A stretch of 64,000 nucleotides of DNA from a virus, in IMG/VR virus record IMGVR_UViG_3300027749_000058, positions 32,001 through 96,000 of that record. The stretch is one strand, 5' to 3'. Positions within the stretch are counted from its first letter, which is position 1; every line of letters begins with the position of its first letter. The position numbers and the translations under genes are program-made. The notes under the pieces are model-generated. The model worked only from the letters and a program-made list of their open reading frames with translations. It ran no database searches and had not been told where the DNA came from. Below, piece after piece: positions 45,172 to 55,496 of the stretch.

Positions 45172-46998
45172 ATGAGTGATCAAAATCTAACCGTTTGGCA
45201 ACGTTTGTCCAAAACTTTTGGCCCAAATTCTTTGCTGAATCAAGATTATCCAACTTTTAAGTTTGATAAAAAAGAATTATTACGTACACCTAATCGTGAT
45301 GAATACGAAAAAGAAAAATTACAAGCACAACAAACTTTTTATTTATCATCCCAATGGGCTAAAGTTGAGAATAATATGTATTCTCAAGCAATGTATTATG
45401 AACCGACAAGGCTTTCCGCACAATATGATTATGAATCAATGGAATATACTCCTGAGATTTCAGCAGCATTAGATATCTATGCCGAAGAATCAACAACAAC
45501 AAATGAAGATGGATTTATTTTACAAATTTATTCTGAATCAAAACGTATCAAATCTGTATTAGCCGATTTATTTAATAACTCTTTGGATATCAATACTAAC
45601 TTACCAATGTGGACAAGAAACACTTGTAAGTATGGTGATAATTTTGTTTATTTAAAACTTGACCCTGAAAAAGGTATTGTTGGGGTTCAACAACTTCCGA
45701 CAATTGAAATTGAAAGACATGAAGCGGGAGCAAGTGCAAAAATAACTGTTAACGTTGAAAAACCAGAAAAACCAAAGGCATTAGAATTTACTTGGAAAAA
45801 TAAAAATATGACTTTTCAATCATGGGAAATTGCTCACTTTAGATTATTAGGTGATGATAGAAAACTTCCGTATGGTACTTCTATGTTAGAAAAAGCAAGA
45901 AGAATTTGGAAACAATTATTATTGTCTGAAGATGCAATGTTAATTTATCGTACATCAAGAGCTCCCGAAAGAAGAATGTTTAAAGTATTCGTGGGAAATA
46001 TGAACGATGATGATGTTGAAGCATATGTTCAACGTGTTGCCAACAAATTCAAAAGAGAACAAATTGTTGACCAAAAAACAGGTAATGTGGATATGAGGTT
46101 CAACCAAATGGCTGTTGACCAAGATTATTTTATTCCTGTAAGAGATCCAGCGGCTCCAGATCCAATTACAACCCTACCAGGTGCAACTAACTTATCTGAA
46201 ATTGCTGATATTGAATATATTCAAAAGAAATTATTAACAGCTCTTCGTGTTCCAAAAGCATTCTTAGGATTTGAAGAAGTTGTTGGAGATGGTAAAAATT
46301 TATCTTTACAAGATATTAGATTTGCTCGTACAATTAACAGGATTCAAAAAAGTATGTTGCAAGAATTAAATAAAATTGCAATTGTACATTTATTTTTATT
46401 GGGATTTGAAGACGAACTTTCAAATTTTACATTAGGACTTAGCAATCCATCTACACAAGCCGATTTATTAAAGATTGATGTATGGAAAGAAAAAGTTTTA
46501 CTTTATAAAGATCTTGTTGCAGATCCAGGAAATGGTATTCAAGCCACTTCATCAACATGGGCCAAAAAACATATTTTTGGATGGTCTGATGATGAAATTA
46601 GATTGGATTTACAACAACAAAGAATTGAAAGAGCCGTAGGAGAAGAACTTAAAGCAACTCCAACAGTTATTACTAAAACAGGAATATTTGATAACATAGA
46701 CAAATTATATGGTTCATCTTCAGGAGGAACTGCACCATCAACTTCTACAGCAACTGAGCCACCACCACCAAGTGGAAATTTAGGTGGAGGTGATTTAGGA
46801 TTACCACCGCCACCAGAAGGAGGAACTGAAGCACCTCCACCTGCTGAAGGTGCGGTAACACCAGAATCAAGGATGGACAGTCTCAATATTTTAGTTGAAA
46901 ATAACTTAATTGAGGGTACACAATTCTTAGATTTAGGTCAAGGTCAAGATTCTTTAGGAGAAATTTCAAAAGAATTGGATAAGTTATTAAATTCATAA
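45172..46998 (+). CDS. portal protein (T4 gp20-like)
   Basis: PEISAALDIYAEE, EDAMLIYRTSRAPERR, DYFIP, ITTLPG, LRVPK. Confidence 0.95.
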   Translation: MSDQNLTVWQRLSKTFGPNSLLNQDYPTFKFDKKELLRTPNRDEYEKEKLQAQQTFYLSSQWAKVENNMYSQAMYYEPTRLSAQYDYESMEYTPEISAALDIYAEESTTTNEDGFILQIYSESKRIKSVLADLFNNSLDINTNLPMWTRNTCKYGDNFVYLKLDPEKGIVGVQQLPTIEIERHEAGASAKITVNVEKPEKPKALEFTWKNKNMTFQSWEIAHFRLLGDDRKLPYGTSMLEKARRIWKQLLLSEDAMLIYRTSRAPERRMFKVFVGNMNDDDVEAYVQRVANKFKREQIVDQKTGNVDMRFNQMAVDQDYFIPVRDPAAPDPITTLPGATNLSEIADIEYIQKKLLTALRVPKAFLGFEEVVGDGKNLSLQDIRFARTINRIQKSMLQELNKIAIVHLFLLGFEDELSNFTLGLSNPSTQADLLKIDVWKEKVLLYKDLVADPGNGIQATSSTWAKKHIFGWSDDEIRLDLQQQRIERAVGEELKATPTVITKTGIFDNIDKLYGSSSGGTAPSTSTATEPPPPSGNLGGGDLGLPPPPEGGTEAPPPAEGAVTPESRMDSLNILVENNLIEGTQFLDLGQGQDSLGEISKELDKLLNS

Positions 46999-47021
46999 TA
47001 TTTATATCAAAACTATCACTA

Positions 47022-47717
47022 ATGACTTTCGGACAAGTAAAATCCATAATTGAAACAAGTTTAATTGAATCCTACAAGAATGAGTCGGATTTCAAAAAAT
47101 CTTTAAGAGAATTCAAACATAATGTATTGAGTAATAAAACTATGTCAAAGGTATACTCATTATATGACCAGTTAACTACTCCACAGGGGTTATCTGAATC
47201 TGATGCCAAAGATTTTTTAGAAGAAGGTATTAATGTTATCCAAAAATTATTAAAGGATATTAAATTACCTAAAACAGTTTCCGAATCAAGAAATGAATAT
47301 TCTGACATTGATACATTAGTTTATATTAATAAAATTAATTTATTGGAGAGAGTAACTTCAAAGAAAAAAATTATTAATATTTTAACTTCAGAAAAAAAGA
47401 CGTTAAAAGAAACAATTAATATTCCAATTAAATCAATGGTTAGTATTGCTAATCAAACTCTTAGAAGTTATATTGAAAATTTGAGTGAGAATGATAAAAA
47501 AGAATTTTTACAATTAATTTCTGAAGATACTAAAACTTTAGAAACTAAATTTGAAACACTTCGAGAAAGTACTATAGTTAAATTAAATTCTATTTTAGAA
47601 AAAGAAGAAGAATTTGAAATAAAAACAAAAATTTCTGAAACAATTGATAGAATCAAAAATGAAAAATTTGATCAATTAAACTTCTTAAAATTAAAAAATT
47701 TAGAAAACTCTATTTAA
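47022..47717 (+). CDS. hypothetical head-module protein
   Basis: 231 aa after the portal; TATTTATA at 46999. Confidence 0.7.
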   Translation: MTFGQVKSIIETSLIESYKNESDFKKSLREFKHNVLSNKTMSKVYSLYDQLTTPQGLSESDAKDFLEEGINVIQKLLKDIKLPKTVSESRNEYSDIDTLVYINKINLLERVTSKKKIINILTSEKKTLKETINIPIKSMVSIANQTLRSYIENLSENDKKEFLQLISEDTKTLETKFETLRESTIVKLNSILEKEEEFEIKTKISETIDRIKNEKFDQLNFLKLKNLENSI

Positions 47718-47894
47718 TTTTTTACTTTGAATATATTTCGCTTTTAAAATTTCGGTTCTTCTTAGAACCGATTTCTTTTTATACTCTTTCCTCTCAAATA
47801 AAATTTGATTCTGTTTTGTTTTAATTATTTTAGACTTTAATTTTTTAAGAGATTTCTCAATGTTTTCATTATTTTTTATTTCAACTATTATCAT
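47700..47894 (-). CDS. rpsU: ribosomal protein bS21
   Basis: MIIVEIKNNENIEKSLKKLKSK...ERKEYKKKSVLRR...KAKY; 64 aa, basic; Tyr54 as in Bacteroidia bS21. Confidence 0.85.
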   Translation of the reverse strand: MIIVEIKNNENIEKSLKKLKSKIIKTKQNQILFERKEYKKKSVLRRTEILKAKYIQSKKLNRVF

Positions 47895-47987
47895 ATATTA
47901 AAAATATCTCATTTTTTATAAAAATTTGATTGTGGAGAATATATTTGTTATTTTTTAACAAATAAACGTATAATAATATGAAAATTA

Positions 47988-48422
47988 ATGAAAAAGGGTA
48001 AAAGTGTAAAAATAAATCTGTATTATCCAATTAAGTCCACTTATGGAACTGTGGATTCGAAAAATTTAAAATCAGTCTACATAAACATCCAATCATGGGT
48101 TACACCAAAATTTGAACAAGATAATTGGAACCGAATTGTAGGAAATTTAAATAGAGAGATAAAACATTCAGTTTTTAATTCAATCCCATTATCAATCTTT
48201 AAAGAAAAAAGTATTGTTGATTTAGATTTACGAACAAGCGGGATATCACATGGAAAAAAATCATTTTTTAATTTAGAAGTTAATTTATATACAACAATTG
48301 AAGTTGATTTTAAATCTCAAGAAATTAAAGAATCAATAAAAAAGATTATTAAAAATATATTCAATAATAACATAAATGAAAACAAATATTTTGAGTTTTC
48401 AATATCAAAAAAAATAAACTAA
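47988..48422 (+). CDS. hypothetical protein
   Basis: 144 aa between bS21 and the protease gene. Confidence 0.7.
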   Translation: MKKGKSVKINLYYPIKSTYGTVDSKNLKSVYINIQSWVTPKFEQDNWNRIVGNLNREIKHSVFNSIPLSIFKEKSIVDLDLRTSGISHGKKSFFNLEVNLYTTIEVDFKSQEIKESIKKIIKNIFNNNINENKYFEFSISKKIN

Positions 48423-48462
48423 TCAATAAACTATTTATTATTAGATATTTATTTTAAAACCC

Positions 48463-49182
48463 TTGATGAAAAATCTTAGAATATTAGAAGCGAACGAACT
48501 TGGTCATGGTATCCTAGTTGAAATGGATGCTGGTTATGTCTCACCAAAAGACAAACATAATTCCAAATTTTTAAAAGAATCTGCAAATTTAGATTATAGA
48601 AATCCATTTGAATTTTATGCTGTTCTTCAAAAATTTGACACACCAAATAGAAATGGTAGATTTTATCCTGAAAGAATCCTTAAAAGAGAATCTGAAAATT
48701 ATAAAAAAACTATTGCTAAAGGTTTATCGACCTCAGAACTAAATCATCCAGAATCTTCTCTTATTGATTTAGATAGAGTATCTCACATCATAACAGATAT
48801 ATGGTGGGATAAAAATATATTAATGGGTAAGTTAAAACTATTAACTTCACCAGGATTTCATGAAACTGGAGTAGTATCTACAAAAGGGGATATTGCTGCA
48901 AATTTAATGAGACAAGGTGTTACTTTAGGTATATCATCTCGTGGAGTTGGATCACTTAAAAAAGTTGGAGAAAGAAATGAAGTACAAGATGATTTTGAAT
49001 TAATTTGTTTTGACTTGGTATCATCTCCATCAACTCCAGGAGCTTACTTATTTTCAAACCCTGAAGATAGAAATAAATACGAAGAAAATTTAGATGAAGA
49101 AAAAAATCGTAAAGAACCAAATCAATTTGTTGATAAGTCTGTTGACTTAATGAAAAAATTAAACGATTTTTTAGGCAAATAA
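48463..49182 (+). CDS. prohead core protease (T4 gp21-like)
   Basis: NRNGRFYP, ELNHP, GISSRGVGS, DLVSSPSTPGA. Confidence 0.95.
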   Translation: MMKNLRILEANELGHGILVEMDAGYVSPKDKHNSKFLKESANLDYRNPFEFYAVLQKFDTPNRNGRFYPERILKRESENYKKTIAKGLSTSELNHPESSLIDLDRVSHIITDIWWDKNILMGKLKLLTSPGFHETGVVSTKGDIAANLMRQGVTLGISSRGVGSLKKVGERNEVQDDFELICFDLVSSPSTPGAYLFSNPEDRNKYEENLDEEKNRKEPNQFVDKSVDLMKKLNDFLGK

Positions 49183-49188
49183 ATAAAT

Positions 49189-49398
49189 ATGGAAGAAAAA
49201 TATTTTGTAGCAAAAATTCAGTATGACTTACCTGATGAAAACTCAGGAAAAATTAAAAAAATTAGAGAAGAAAAACTTGTTAAAGGTTATTCTGTTACCG
49301 ATGTTGAAGCAAAGGTCACTAAAAAGTATGAAGGATTTACCCATGATTGGAGAATAACTTCAGTATCTGAAAGTAAAATTGATGAAGTAATTGAGTAA
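49189..49398 (+). CDS. DUF4494-like small protein
   Basis: YFVAKIQY...KKIREEKLV...SVTDVEAK...SVSESKIDEV. Confidence 0.55.
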   Translation: MEEKYFVAKIQYDLPDENSGKIKKIREEKLVKGYSVTDVEAKVTKKYEGFTHDWRITSVSESKIDEVIE

Positions 49399-49570
49399 AA
49401 TCAATCAATTAACAAAAAAAGTGGTCTATGACCACTTTTTTTGTTTTATGGAAATATTTATTATAAATAAATAATTTACGTGTCTTATTGTAAAATAAGT
49501 TGCTTTGTTATCGTATAACATAAACTTTTTTCAAGTTGGCACTATTTATAAGTTAAATAAATAATTTTTC

Positions 49571-51208
49571 ATGCAAGAAAATAAAAATTTAGTACAAGAG
49601 GCTCTTATTCAAATGAAACAAGTTGAAGAAGCTATTGCCGAAAATGCAAAAGGAATACTTCATTCTACAATGAAAGAAGAAATCAATCAATTAGTAAAAG
49701 AATCTCTCTCAGAACAAGATGATGAAGAAGAGATTGATCTAGATACAGACATGGACGACACAGATGTAGATACTGATGTTGACATGAATGTAGATAACGA
49801 TGAAATGGATATGGATGTAGATACAGACATGGACATGGATTCAGAAGAAAGTCCTATAGATTTAACTGACGCATCTGATGAAGAAATTCTGAAAGTGTTC
49901 AAAGCTATGGGTGAAGAAGATGGTATCATTGTTAAAAAAGATGGTAACAATATTCACCTAACAGATGATGACTCTGATACAGAATATCTTGTTAAGCTTG
50001 GTGAGTCTGAAGAAGACGAAGAAATAAACATGAATGAAATGGATGAAATTATGAACCAAGAAACAGACGAATCAGTACAAGACGTTATTGATGCTATTTT
50101 CTCTAAAAACGGAGACACATCAGAAGTTGATATGGATGATGTAAAATCTGATGATGATTCTGAAGAAGTCGTTTACGAAATTCATTTAGATGATGATGAT
50201 GAAGAATCGGATATGGACGAAGAAATGGACGAAGAAATCGACGAACAAGACGAAGATGATGAAGAATGGGAAATGGACGAAGAAATGGACGAAGAAATGG
50301 ACGAAGAAATGGACGAAGAAATCGACGAACAAGACGAAGATGATGAAGAATCAGACATGGATGAATCTTACATTAGAGAAGGTAAATCAACCATTAAACC
50401 TAAAGGTGTTGGAATTGGATCAGGACCTAAATTCGCTTACAAAAAATCTGCTGGCGGATTTAAAGAGGACAAAAAACAAGGTCCTAAATCAGTAGGTACT
50501 GGTAAAGCAAAATTTGAATACAAGAAAGGTGGTAACATGGAAGGTAAATCTAAAGTTGTTAAAGCTGAAACTAAAGAAGGTCAAGGATACAAAGATAAAG
50601 AAGACGAAAGATTGGCGATGAAGCACGGTAAAATTGCTTCAAAAGATCTTAAATCTACTAAAGCTCGTAGAGATGACGCTGGTTTTGAAAAAAAAGAAAC
50701 TAAAGAAGCTGCAAGAACTTACGGTATGGGTTCTAAAGAAGGTAGAGGTTTAAGAAAAGGTATTACAAACAACAGAAATTACGTTTATAGTAATTCTGGT
50801 GTTAAAGTAGAATCTACACAAGCAGAAGTTAGTATGTTGAGAGAAAAGAACGAAGAGTATAGAAAAGCATTAAATGTTTTCAGAGAAAAACTTAATGAAG
50901 TTGCTACATTCAATTCAAACTTAGCTTATGCTACGAGATTGTTCACAGAACATTCAACAACTAAAAAAGAAAAAATAAATATCCTTAGGAGATTTGACGG
51001 AGTTGAAACTTTAAAAGAATCAAAAAGTCTTTACAAATCAATAAAAGACGAATTAACTAAAGGAGATACACAACCAATTACAGAATCGGTTGAAACAAAA
51101 TTAAACAAACAAGTTTCTACAGGTTCATCAGTTAATCTAATTGAGTCTAAAACATATGAAAATCCTCAGTTCTTAAGAATGAAAGATTTGATGTCTAAAT
51201 TAGGTTAA
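49571..51208 (+). CDS. prohead scaffold / core protein (gp22-like)
   Basis: Highly acidic; C-terminal coiled coil; directly upstream of the MCP. Confidence 0.8.
   Translation: MQENKNLVQEALIQMKQVEEAIAENAKGILHSTMKEEINQLVKESLSEQDDEEEIDLDTDMDDTDVDTDVDMNVDNDEMDMDVDTDMDMDSEESPIDLTDASDEEILKVFKAMGEEDGIIVKKDGNNIHLTDDDSDTEYLVKLGESEEDEEINMNEMDEIMNQETDESVQDVIDAIFSKNGDTSEVDMDDVKSDDDSEEVVYEIHLDDDDEESDMDEEMDEEIDEQDEDDEEWEMDEEMDEEMDEEMDEEIDEQDEDDEESDMDESYIREGKSTIKPKGVGIGSGPKFAYKKSAGGFKEDKKQGPKSVGTGKAKFEYKKGGNMEGKSKVVKAETKEGQGYKDKEDERLAMKHGKIASKDLKSTKARRDDAGFEKKETKEAARTYGMGSKEGRGLRKGITNNRNYVYSNSGVKVESTQAEVSMLREKNEEYRKALNVFREKLNEVATFNSNLAYATRLFTEHSTTKKEKINILRRFDGVETLKESKSLYKSIKDELTKGDTQPITESVETKLNKQVSTGSSVNLIESKTYENPQFLRMKDLMSKLG
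50200..50365 (+). repeat. imperfect tandem ATGGACGAAGAA repeats within the scaffold gene
   Basis: Encodes MDEE MDEE IDEQDEDDEE units. Confidence 0.85.
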
Positions 51209-51243
51209 TTAACAAAATAAAATAAAAACAAAACAATACTAAA

Positions 51244-53064
51244 ATGGGAGCATTATTAGAATCAGGTCTTGTTGGTAACATCGGTCTTAAGCACCTTAAA
51301 GTTATCAAAGAAGATACAATCAACAAATGGGACAAATTAGGCTTTTTAGAAGGTCTTAAAGGTCACATGAGAGAAAACGTGGCACAATTATATGAAAACC
51401 AAGCATCATTTTTAATCAATGAAGCATCATCTACTTCTGATACAGGAGCATTTGAAACAGTGGTTTTCCCAATTGTTAGACGTGTATTCTCTAAATTATT
51501 GGCGAATGACATCGTTTCAGTACAAGCAATGAACTTACCAATTGGTAAATTATTCTACTTTGTACCTAACATTCAAAATTACGAAACAGGTGGATCAGAA
51601 TATGGTGATGGTGGAACACACTACGCACCTTACGGAGCACCAAATGGTCCAGATAGTCCTAACGCAGGTTATGACTATAATGTGGGTAAAGATCTTTATG
51701 ATAGATTTTATGAAGGTAATGAACCAGCATTAGACCCTCCAGGTTTATTTGACTACTCTAAAGGTCAATTCTCAGCTATAACAGGTACTGCAGTAACGGC
51801 GCTTTGGAATAACGCAACGTTAAACTTAGAACCAGCAGCTTACGCTTTAACTGATTACAGAAAAGTATTACTTATTATGTCAGGTTTTGCATCTGATGCG
51901 GCTGGTAAATTAATCGGACCAGATGGTAACCCAATCGACAACGAATCATTCTTGTCTGATTTGACTATTTGGGGTATAGGTACTAACACAACTACTGCTG
52001 GATCAGGTCAAGGCGGTGGATCAGGTCCTTACTTATTCAGAGTTGTAACTCAAAGATACGGTAAAGGTATTGTTCAATACGGTAACAACAACCAAACATT
52101 AACTTTCCCTAACAGTAAAACAGGTGGTGGTCAATACGACAACATTTGTGACGCTCAAGGTTTCATTTACTTAGAGGTTGATTTACAAGTTCCAGTATGT
52201 ATTACTTGTAACGGTTCTATGGATGGTTATACAGGTTCTACTTTCTCTTCTTCAACAGAAAATAACAACGCTTTTGTTCCTACTTATAGAATCTATAAGA
52301 ACTTGGAATTTGAAGATAGAATTGGTGAGGTTTCATTTGACTTAATGTCAGTAACAGTTTCTGTGACTGAAAGAAAATTAAGAGCACAATGGTCTCCTGA
52401 AATGGCTCAAGACGTTGCGGCTTTCCACAACATTGACGCTGAAGCTGAATTAACAGCATTGTTATCTGAGCAAGTTGCAGCAGAAATTGATAGAGAAATC
52501 TTGAGAGATTTGAGAAAAGGTGCAGCTTGGAACTTAAGATGGGATTACAATGGTTGGAAGAGACTGGGTTCAAGTGCTGTTCCATATACTCAAAAAGATT
52601 GGAATCAAACTTTAATCACAGCAATCAACCAAATTTCAGCTCAAATCCACAAATCTACATTAAGAGGTGGAGCAAACTGGATTGTTGTTTCTTCTGAAAT
52701 CAGTGCTATTTTTGATGACTTGGAGTATTTCCACGTTTCAAACGCAGCTCCTGAGCAAGACCAATACAACATGGGTATTGAAAGAGTTGGTACTTTAGCT
52801 GGTCGTTACCAAGTTTATAGAGACCCTTACTTCCCTGCTAACCAAGTGTTAATGGGTCACAAAGGTACATCTTTATTAGATACTGGTTACATCTACGCAC
52901 CTTACGTACCTTTACAATTAACTCCAACAATGTACAATCCGTTCAACTTTACTCCGATTAAGGGTATTATGACGAGATACGCAAAAAAGGTTGTAAACAA
53001 CCGTTTTTACGGACGTATTACAGTTGATGGTGTTAGAACATTTGATTTAAGAGAATTGAGATAA
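51244..53064 (+). CDS. major capsid protein (T4 gp23-like)
   Basis: VFPIVRRV, VSVQAM, RKLRAQWSPEMAQD, EIDREI, YAPYVPL, GIMTRY. Confidence 0.97.
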   Translation: MGALLESGLVGNIGLKHLKVIKEDTINKWDKLGFLEGLKGHMRENVAQLYENQASFLINEASSTSDTGAFETVVFPIVRRVFSKLLANDIVSVQAMNLPIGKLFYFVPNIQNYETGGSEYGDGGTHYAPYGAPNGPDSPNAGYDYNVGKDLYDRFYEGNEPALDPPGLFDYSKGQFSAITGTAVTALWNNATLNLEPAAYALTDYRKVLLIMSGFASDAAGKLIGPDGNPIDNESFLSDLTIWGIGTNTTTAGSGQGGGSGPYLFRVVTQRYGKGIVQYGNNNQTLTFPNSKTGGGQYDNICDAQGFIYLEVDLQVPVCITCNGSMDGYTGSTFSSSTENNNAFVPTYRIYKNLEFEDRIGEVSFDLMSVTVSVTERKLRAQWSPEMAQDVAAFHNIDAEAELTALLSEQVAAEIDREILRDLRKGAAWNLRWDYNGWKRLGSSAVPYTQKDWNQTLITAINQISAQIHKSTLRGGANWIVVSSEISAIFDDLEYFHVSNAAPEQDQYNMGIERVGTLAGRYQVYRDPYFPANQVLMGHKGTSLLDTGYIYAPYVPLQLTPTMYNPFNFTPIKGIMTRYAKKVVNNRFYGRITVDGVRTFDLRELR

Positions 53065-53086
53065 TCAATTTCTTATGAAATACACT

Positions 53087-53116
53087 AAAAGGGACAAGAA
53101 ATTGTCCCTTTTTTTA
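53087..53116 (+). terminator. intrinsic terminator after the MCP gene
   Basis: AAAAGGGACAA-GAAA-TTGTCCCTTTTTT. Confidence 0.85.
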
Positions 53117-53164
53117 TTCATGATAATAAGGGTTTATGATATATTTATAATAAAGTTATTAGTA

Positions 53165-54004
53165 ATGATTAAGCAAACATGGAATATTAATAGTGAAGAA
53201 AAATTACGAATTTTAAATCTTCATGAGTCTGCAACAAAGAATTTGTATCTTGTAAAAGAACAATTAACACCAAATACACCATTTACAGTTGATTTTGAAA
53301 ATGCATTCGATAGTGGACAATATAATTTTACTCCAAAATATATGAATGTTGTCAATGATAGTGTTATCAAAATATCTGATTACATTAAAGATAAAAATTT
53401 AAAAGACTTTAAGTTAGTAATAACACCGGGAGAATCTCAAGTACCAAATCCAAAAGGATTTGAACAAAAAGGTTCATTGGCTATGGAAAGGGCTAAAGTT
53501 TTAAAAAAATATTTAGAAACCGCATTACCACCAATATTAAATATGAATCCTCAAATTGAGATTTCAGAACCTGTTATTGGAACAACAAAATGGGATGATA
53601 GATTAGGTAAGGATAATGATGTTTATAAAAAAGAACAATTTGTGAAAGTAAGTATTATTTTAAATACTAAAACCACTCTAATCCCAACCCCAATTGAATC
53701 CCCATATAAAATTACTGCATCAGATAAGGTATCAATATATTTCCCATTAAATGGTAGTAGTTATTTAGGTGCATTAGCTCATTACCCAACAAGAGATAGT
53801 TCAAATATTAAAAATGCAGGTAGTCTGGATACTGGAATTCAAGATGTAACACTTAAAGTAATTAAAAAAGATACGGTACCTTTCCAAGTTACTGACGTTT
53901 ATCAAATACCATTTGATTGGTGGAATAATAGACAAGGTGCATCTACAAACGTTCTAAATCCGCAAGATTTAGAATATATTAAGAAAAATTTCAAAAGGCT
54001 TTAA
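53165..54004 (+). CDS. late protein with OmpA-C-like domain (tentative)
   Basis: Start after TATTTATA at 53142; FDSGQY...GESQVPN...LAMERAKVLKKYL. Confidence 0.55.
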   Translation: MIKQTWNINSEEKLRILNLHESATKNLYLVKEQLTPNTPFTVDFENAFDSGQYNFTPKYMNVVNDSVIKISDYIKDKNLKDFKLVITPGESQVPNPKGFEQKGSLAMERAKVLKKYLETALPPILNMNPQIEISEPVIGTTKWDDRLGKDNDVYKKEQFVKVSIILNTKTTLIPTPIESPYKITASDKVSIYFPLNGSSYLGALAHYPTRDSSNIKNAGSLDTGIQDVTLKVIKKDTVPFQVTDVYQIPFDWWNNRQGASTNVLNPQDLEYIKKNFKRL

Positions 54005-54008
54005 TAAA

Positions 54009-54227
54009 TTATCTAATAGGTTTTACTTTATTTAAAGAATCACAAAACATTAAATACATTTTATTTAATGAATCTCTAAATTGTTTATTAGTAACTTTTA
54101 CTCCTTTCCATGTCCTTAATGTATCAAAATTTTTTTTTGGTAAAATATGATTTGATTTTTGGGAAATCCCTATTAAATGGATTAAAGTAAAAATCATAAT
54201 TAAAATAATTTTTTTCATAATTAACAT
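54009..54227 (-). CDS. small secreted protein
   Basis: MKKIILIMIFTLIHLIG signal peptide. Confidence 0.55.
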   Translation of the reverse strand: MLIMKKIILIMIFTLIHLIGISQKSNHILPKKNFDTLRTWKGVKVTNKQFRDSLNKMYLMFCDSLNKVKPIR

Positions 54228-54388
54228 TTTTACAAAAAATAAGAAATTATTTGTTTAAAACAAATTATTTTTTTTTATATTTATTTTTAGATTTTAGTTT
54301 ATCAGTCCCCAGTCTCAATGACTGTAGAGTATTCACGGATATAAAGGTATTGGTAACGTAGTCATAAGCTAATATAAAATTAAAAAAC

Positions 54389-55219
54389 ATGAATTACGCA
54401 ACACAAGTGGGCAATCCGACGGCGCACATCACAAAGAAAAAGTCGAGATTAAAAGTCTATAACGGACACGTAGTCTTCCTTAACGATAAAGACAACTTCG
54501 AATTCGAAATCCATAATCCAAAAAACAAAACGGTTCTCTGTAAAATCAAATTGAATGGTGAATACATTTCCACAAGTGGTGTTGTATTAAGACCAGGTCA
54601 GAGAGTGTTTTTAGAACGTTTCCTTGACTCTAATAACAAGTTTGAGTTCAGTACCTATGAAGTTAAAGATACGTCTGAAAATAGGTCTGCAATTGATTTA
54701 AATGGTGATGTAGAAATAGAGTTCTATGATCAACAGGAAGTTAGTAATAATTTTTTATACTTGAATAGTAATAGAACAATTTATGGAAGTCCAAGTACAA
54801 CTGTTCCTTCGTATTATGGAACAACACTTACTACCACAGGAGGAGTCGGATATGGAACTACAACATTTACAACACAAAATTCATCAAATGCGACTTTTAC
54901 AAGTTCTGTTAGTTCAGATACTTTTAGAAGTAAATTTGATATATCAAGTACGTTGTTGAACGGTAAACCTAATTCACTAAAGAATAAAAGTAAGTCACTT
55001 GAAACAGGTAGAGTTGAAAAGGGAGAACAATCAAATCAATCTTTCACTAATTCATACGAACAATTTAATTATTACACATCTTATACAATTAAATTTAAGA
55101 TTCAACCTATAGGTATAAAAAATATTAATGTTGAAGAAATAAGACAATATTGTACTGAATGTGGAACCAAGACAAAATCAAACTATAAGTTCTGTCCATC
55201 TTGTGGAAATAAAATATAA
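54389..55219 (+). CDS. protein with C-terminal zinc ribbon
   Basis: YCTECG...KFCPSCG. Confidence 0.8.
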   Translation: MNYATQVGNPTAHITKKKSRLKVYNGHVVFLNDKDNFEFEIHNPKNKTVLCKIKLNGEYISTSGVVLRPGQRVFLERFLDSNNKFEFSTYEVKDTSENRSAIDLNGDVEIEFYDQQEVSNNFLYLNSNRTIYGSPSTTVPSYYGTTLTTTGGVGYGTTTFTTQNSSNATFTSSVSSDTFRSKFDISSTLLNGKPNSLKNKSKSLETGRVEKGEQSNQSFTNSYEQFNYYTSYTIKFKIQPIGIKNINVEEIRQYCTECGTKTKSNYKFCPSCGNKI

Positions 55220-55249
55220 ATAAAAAAAGGACCCCGTGAGGTCCTTTTT

Positions 55250-55465
55250 TTATTTTAAATTCTTTGTGAGTACTCTTATTGCTTTAGATAATATCTCCGA
55301 TTCTTGAAGAGAATACACACCTCTGGTATGTCCCATCTCTATTGCCTTTGTTAAAACATAAAATGATTGGATGGAATCCATTGATTCTACAAATTTTTCT
55401 ACATCTTCAGGGGACTTATATCTTATTGATTCAAATAAAAATTCTCCTTGTTCTTCCATATTCAT
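55250..55465 (-). CDS. hypothetical protein
   Basis: Start moved to 55465 (MNMEEQ) to avoid overlap with the divergent gene. Confidence 0.6.
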   Translation of the reverse strand: MNMEEQGEFLFESIRYKSPEDVEKFVESMDSIQSFYVLTKAIEMGHTRGVYSLQESEILSKAIRVLTKNLK

Positions 55466-55496
55466 AATTAAAAGATATTTATTGTAAGTTAAGTAT

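Noticed and set aside
50200-50365. Repeat array as a possible CRISPR
   Set aside because: These are in-frame 12-nt coding repeats in the scaffold gene with no unique spacers; no CRISPR array or cas gene is seen in the window.
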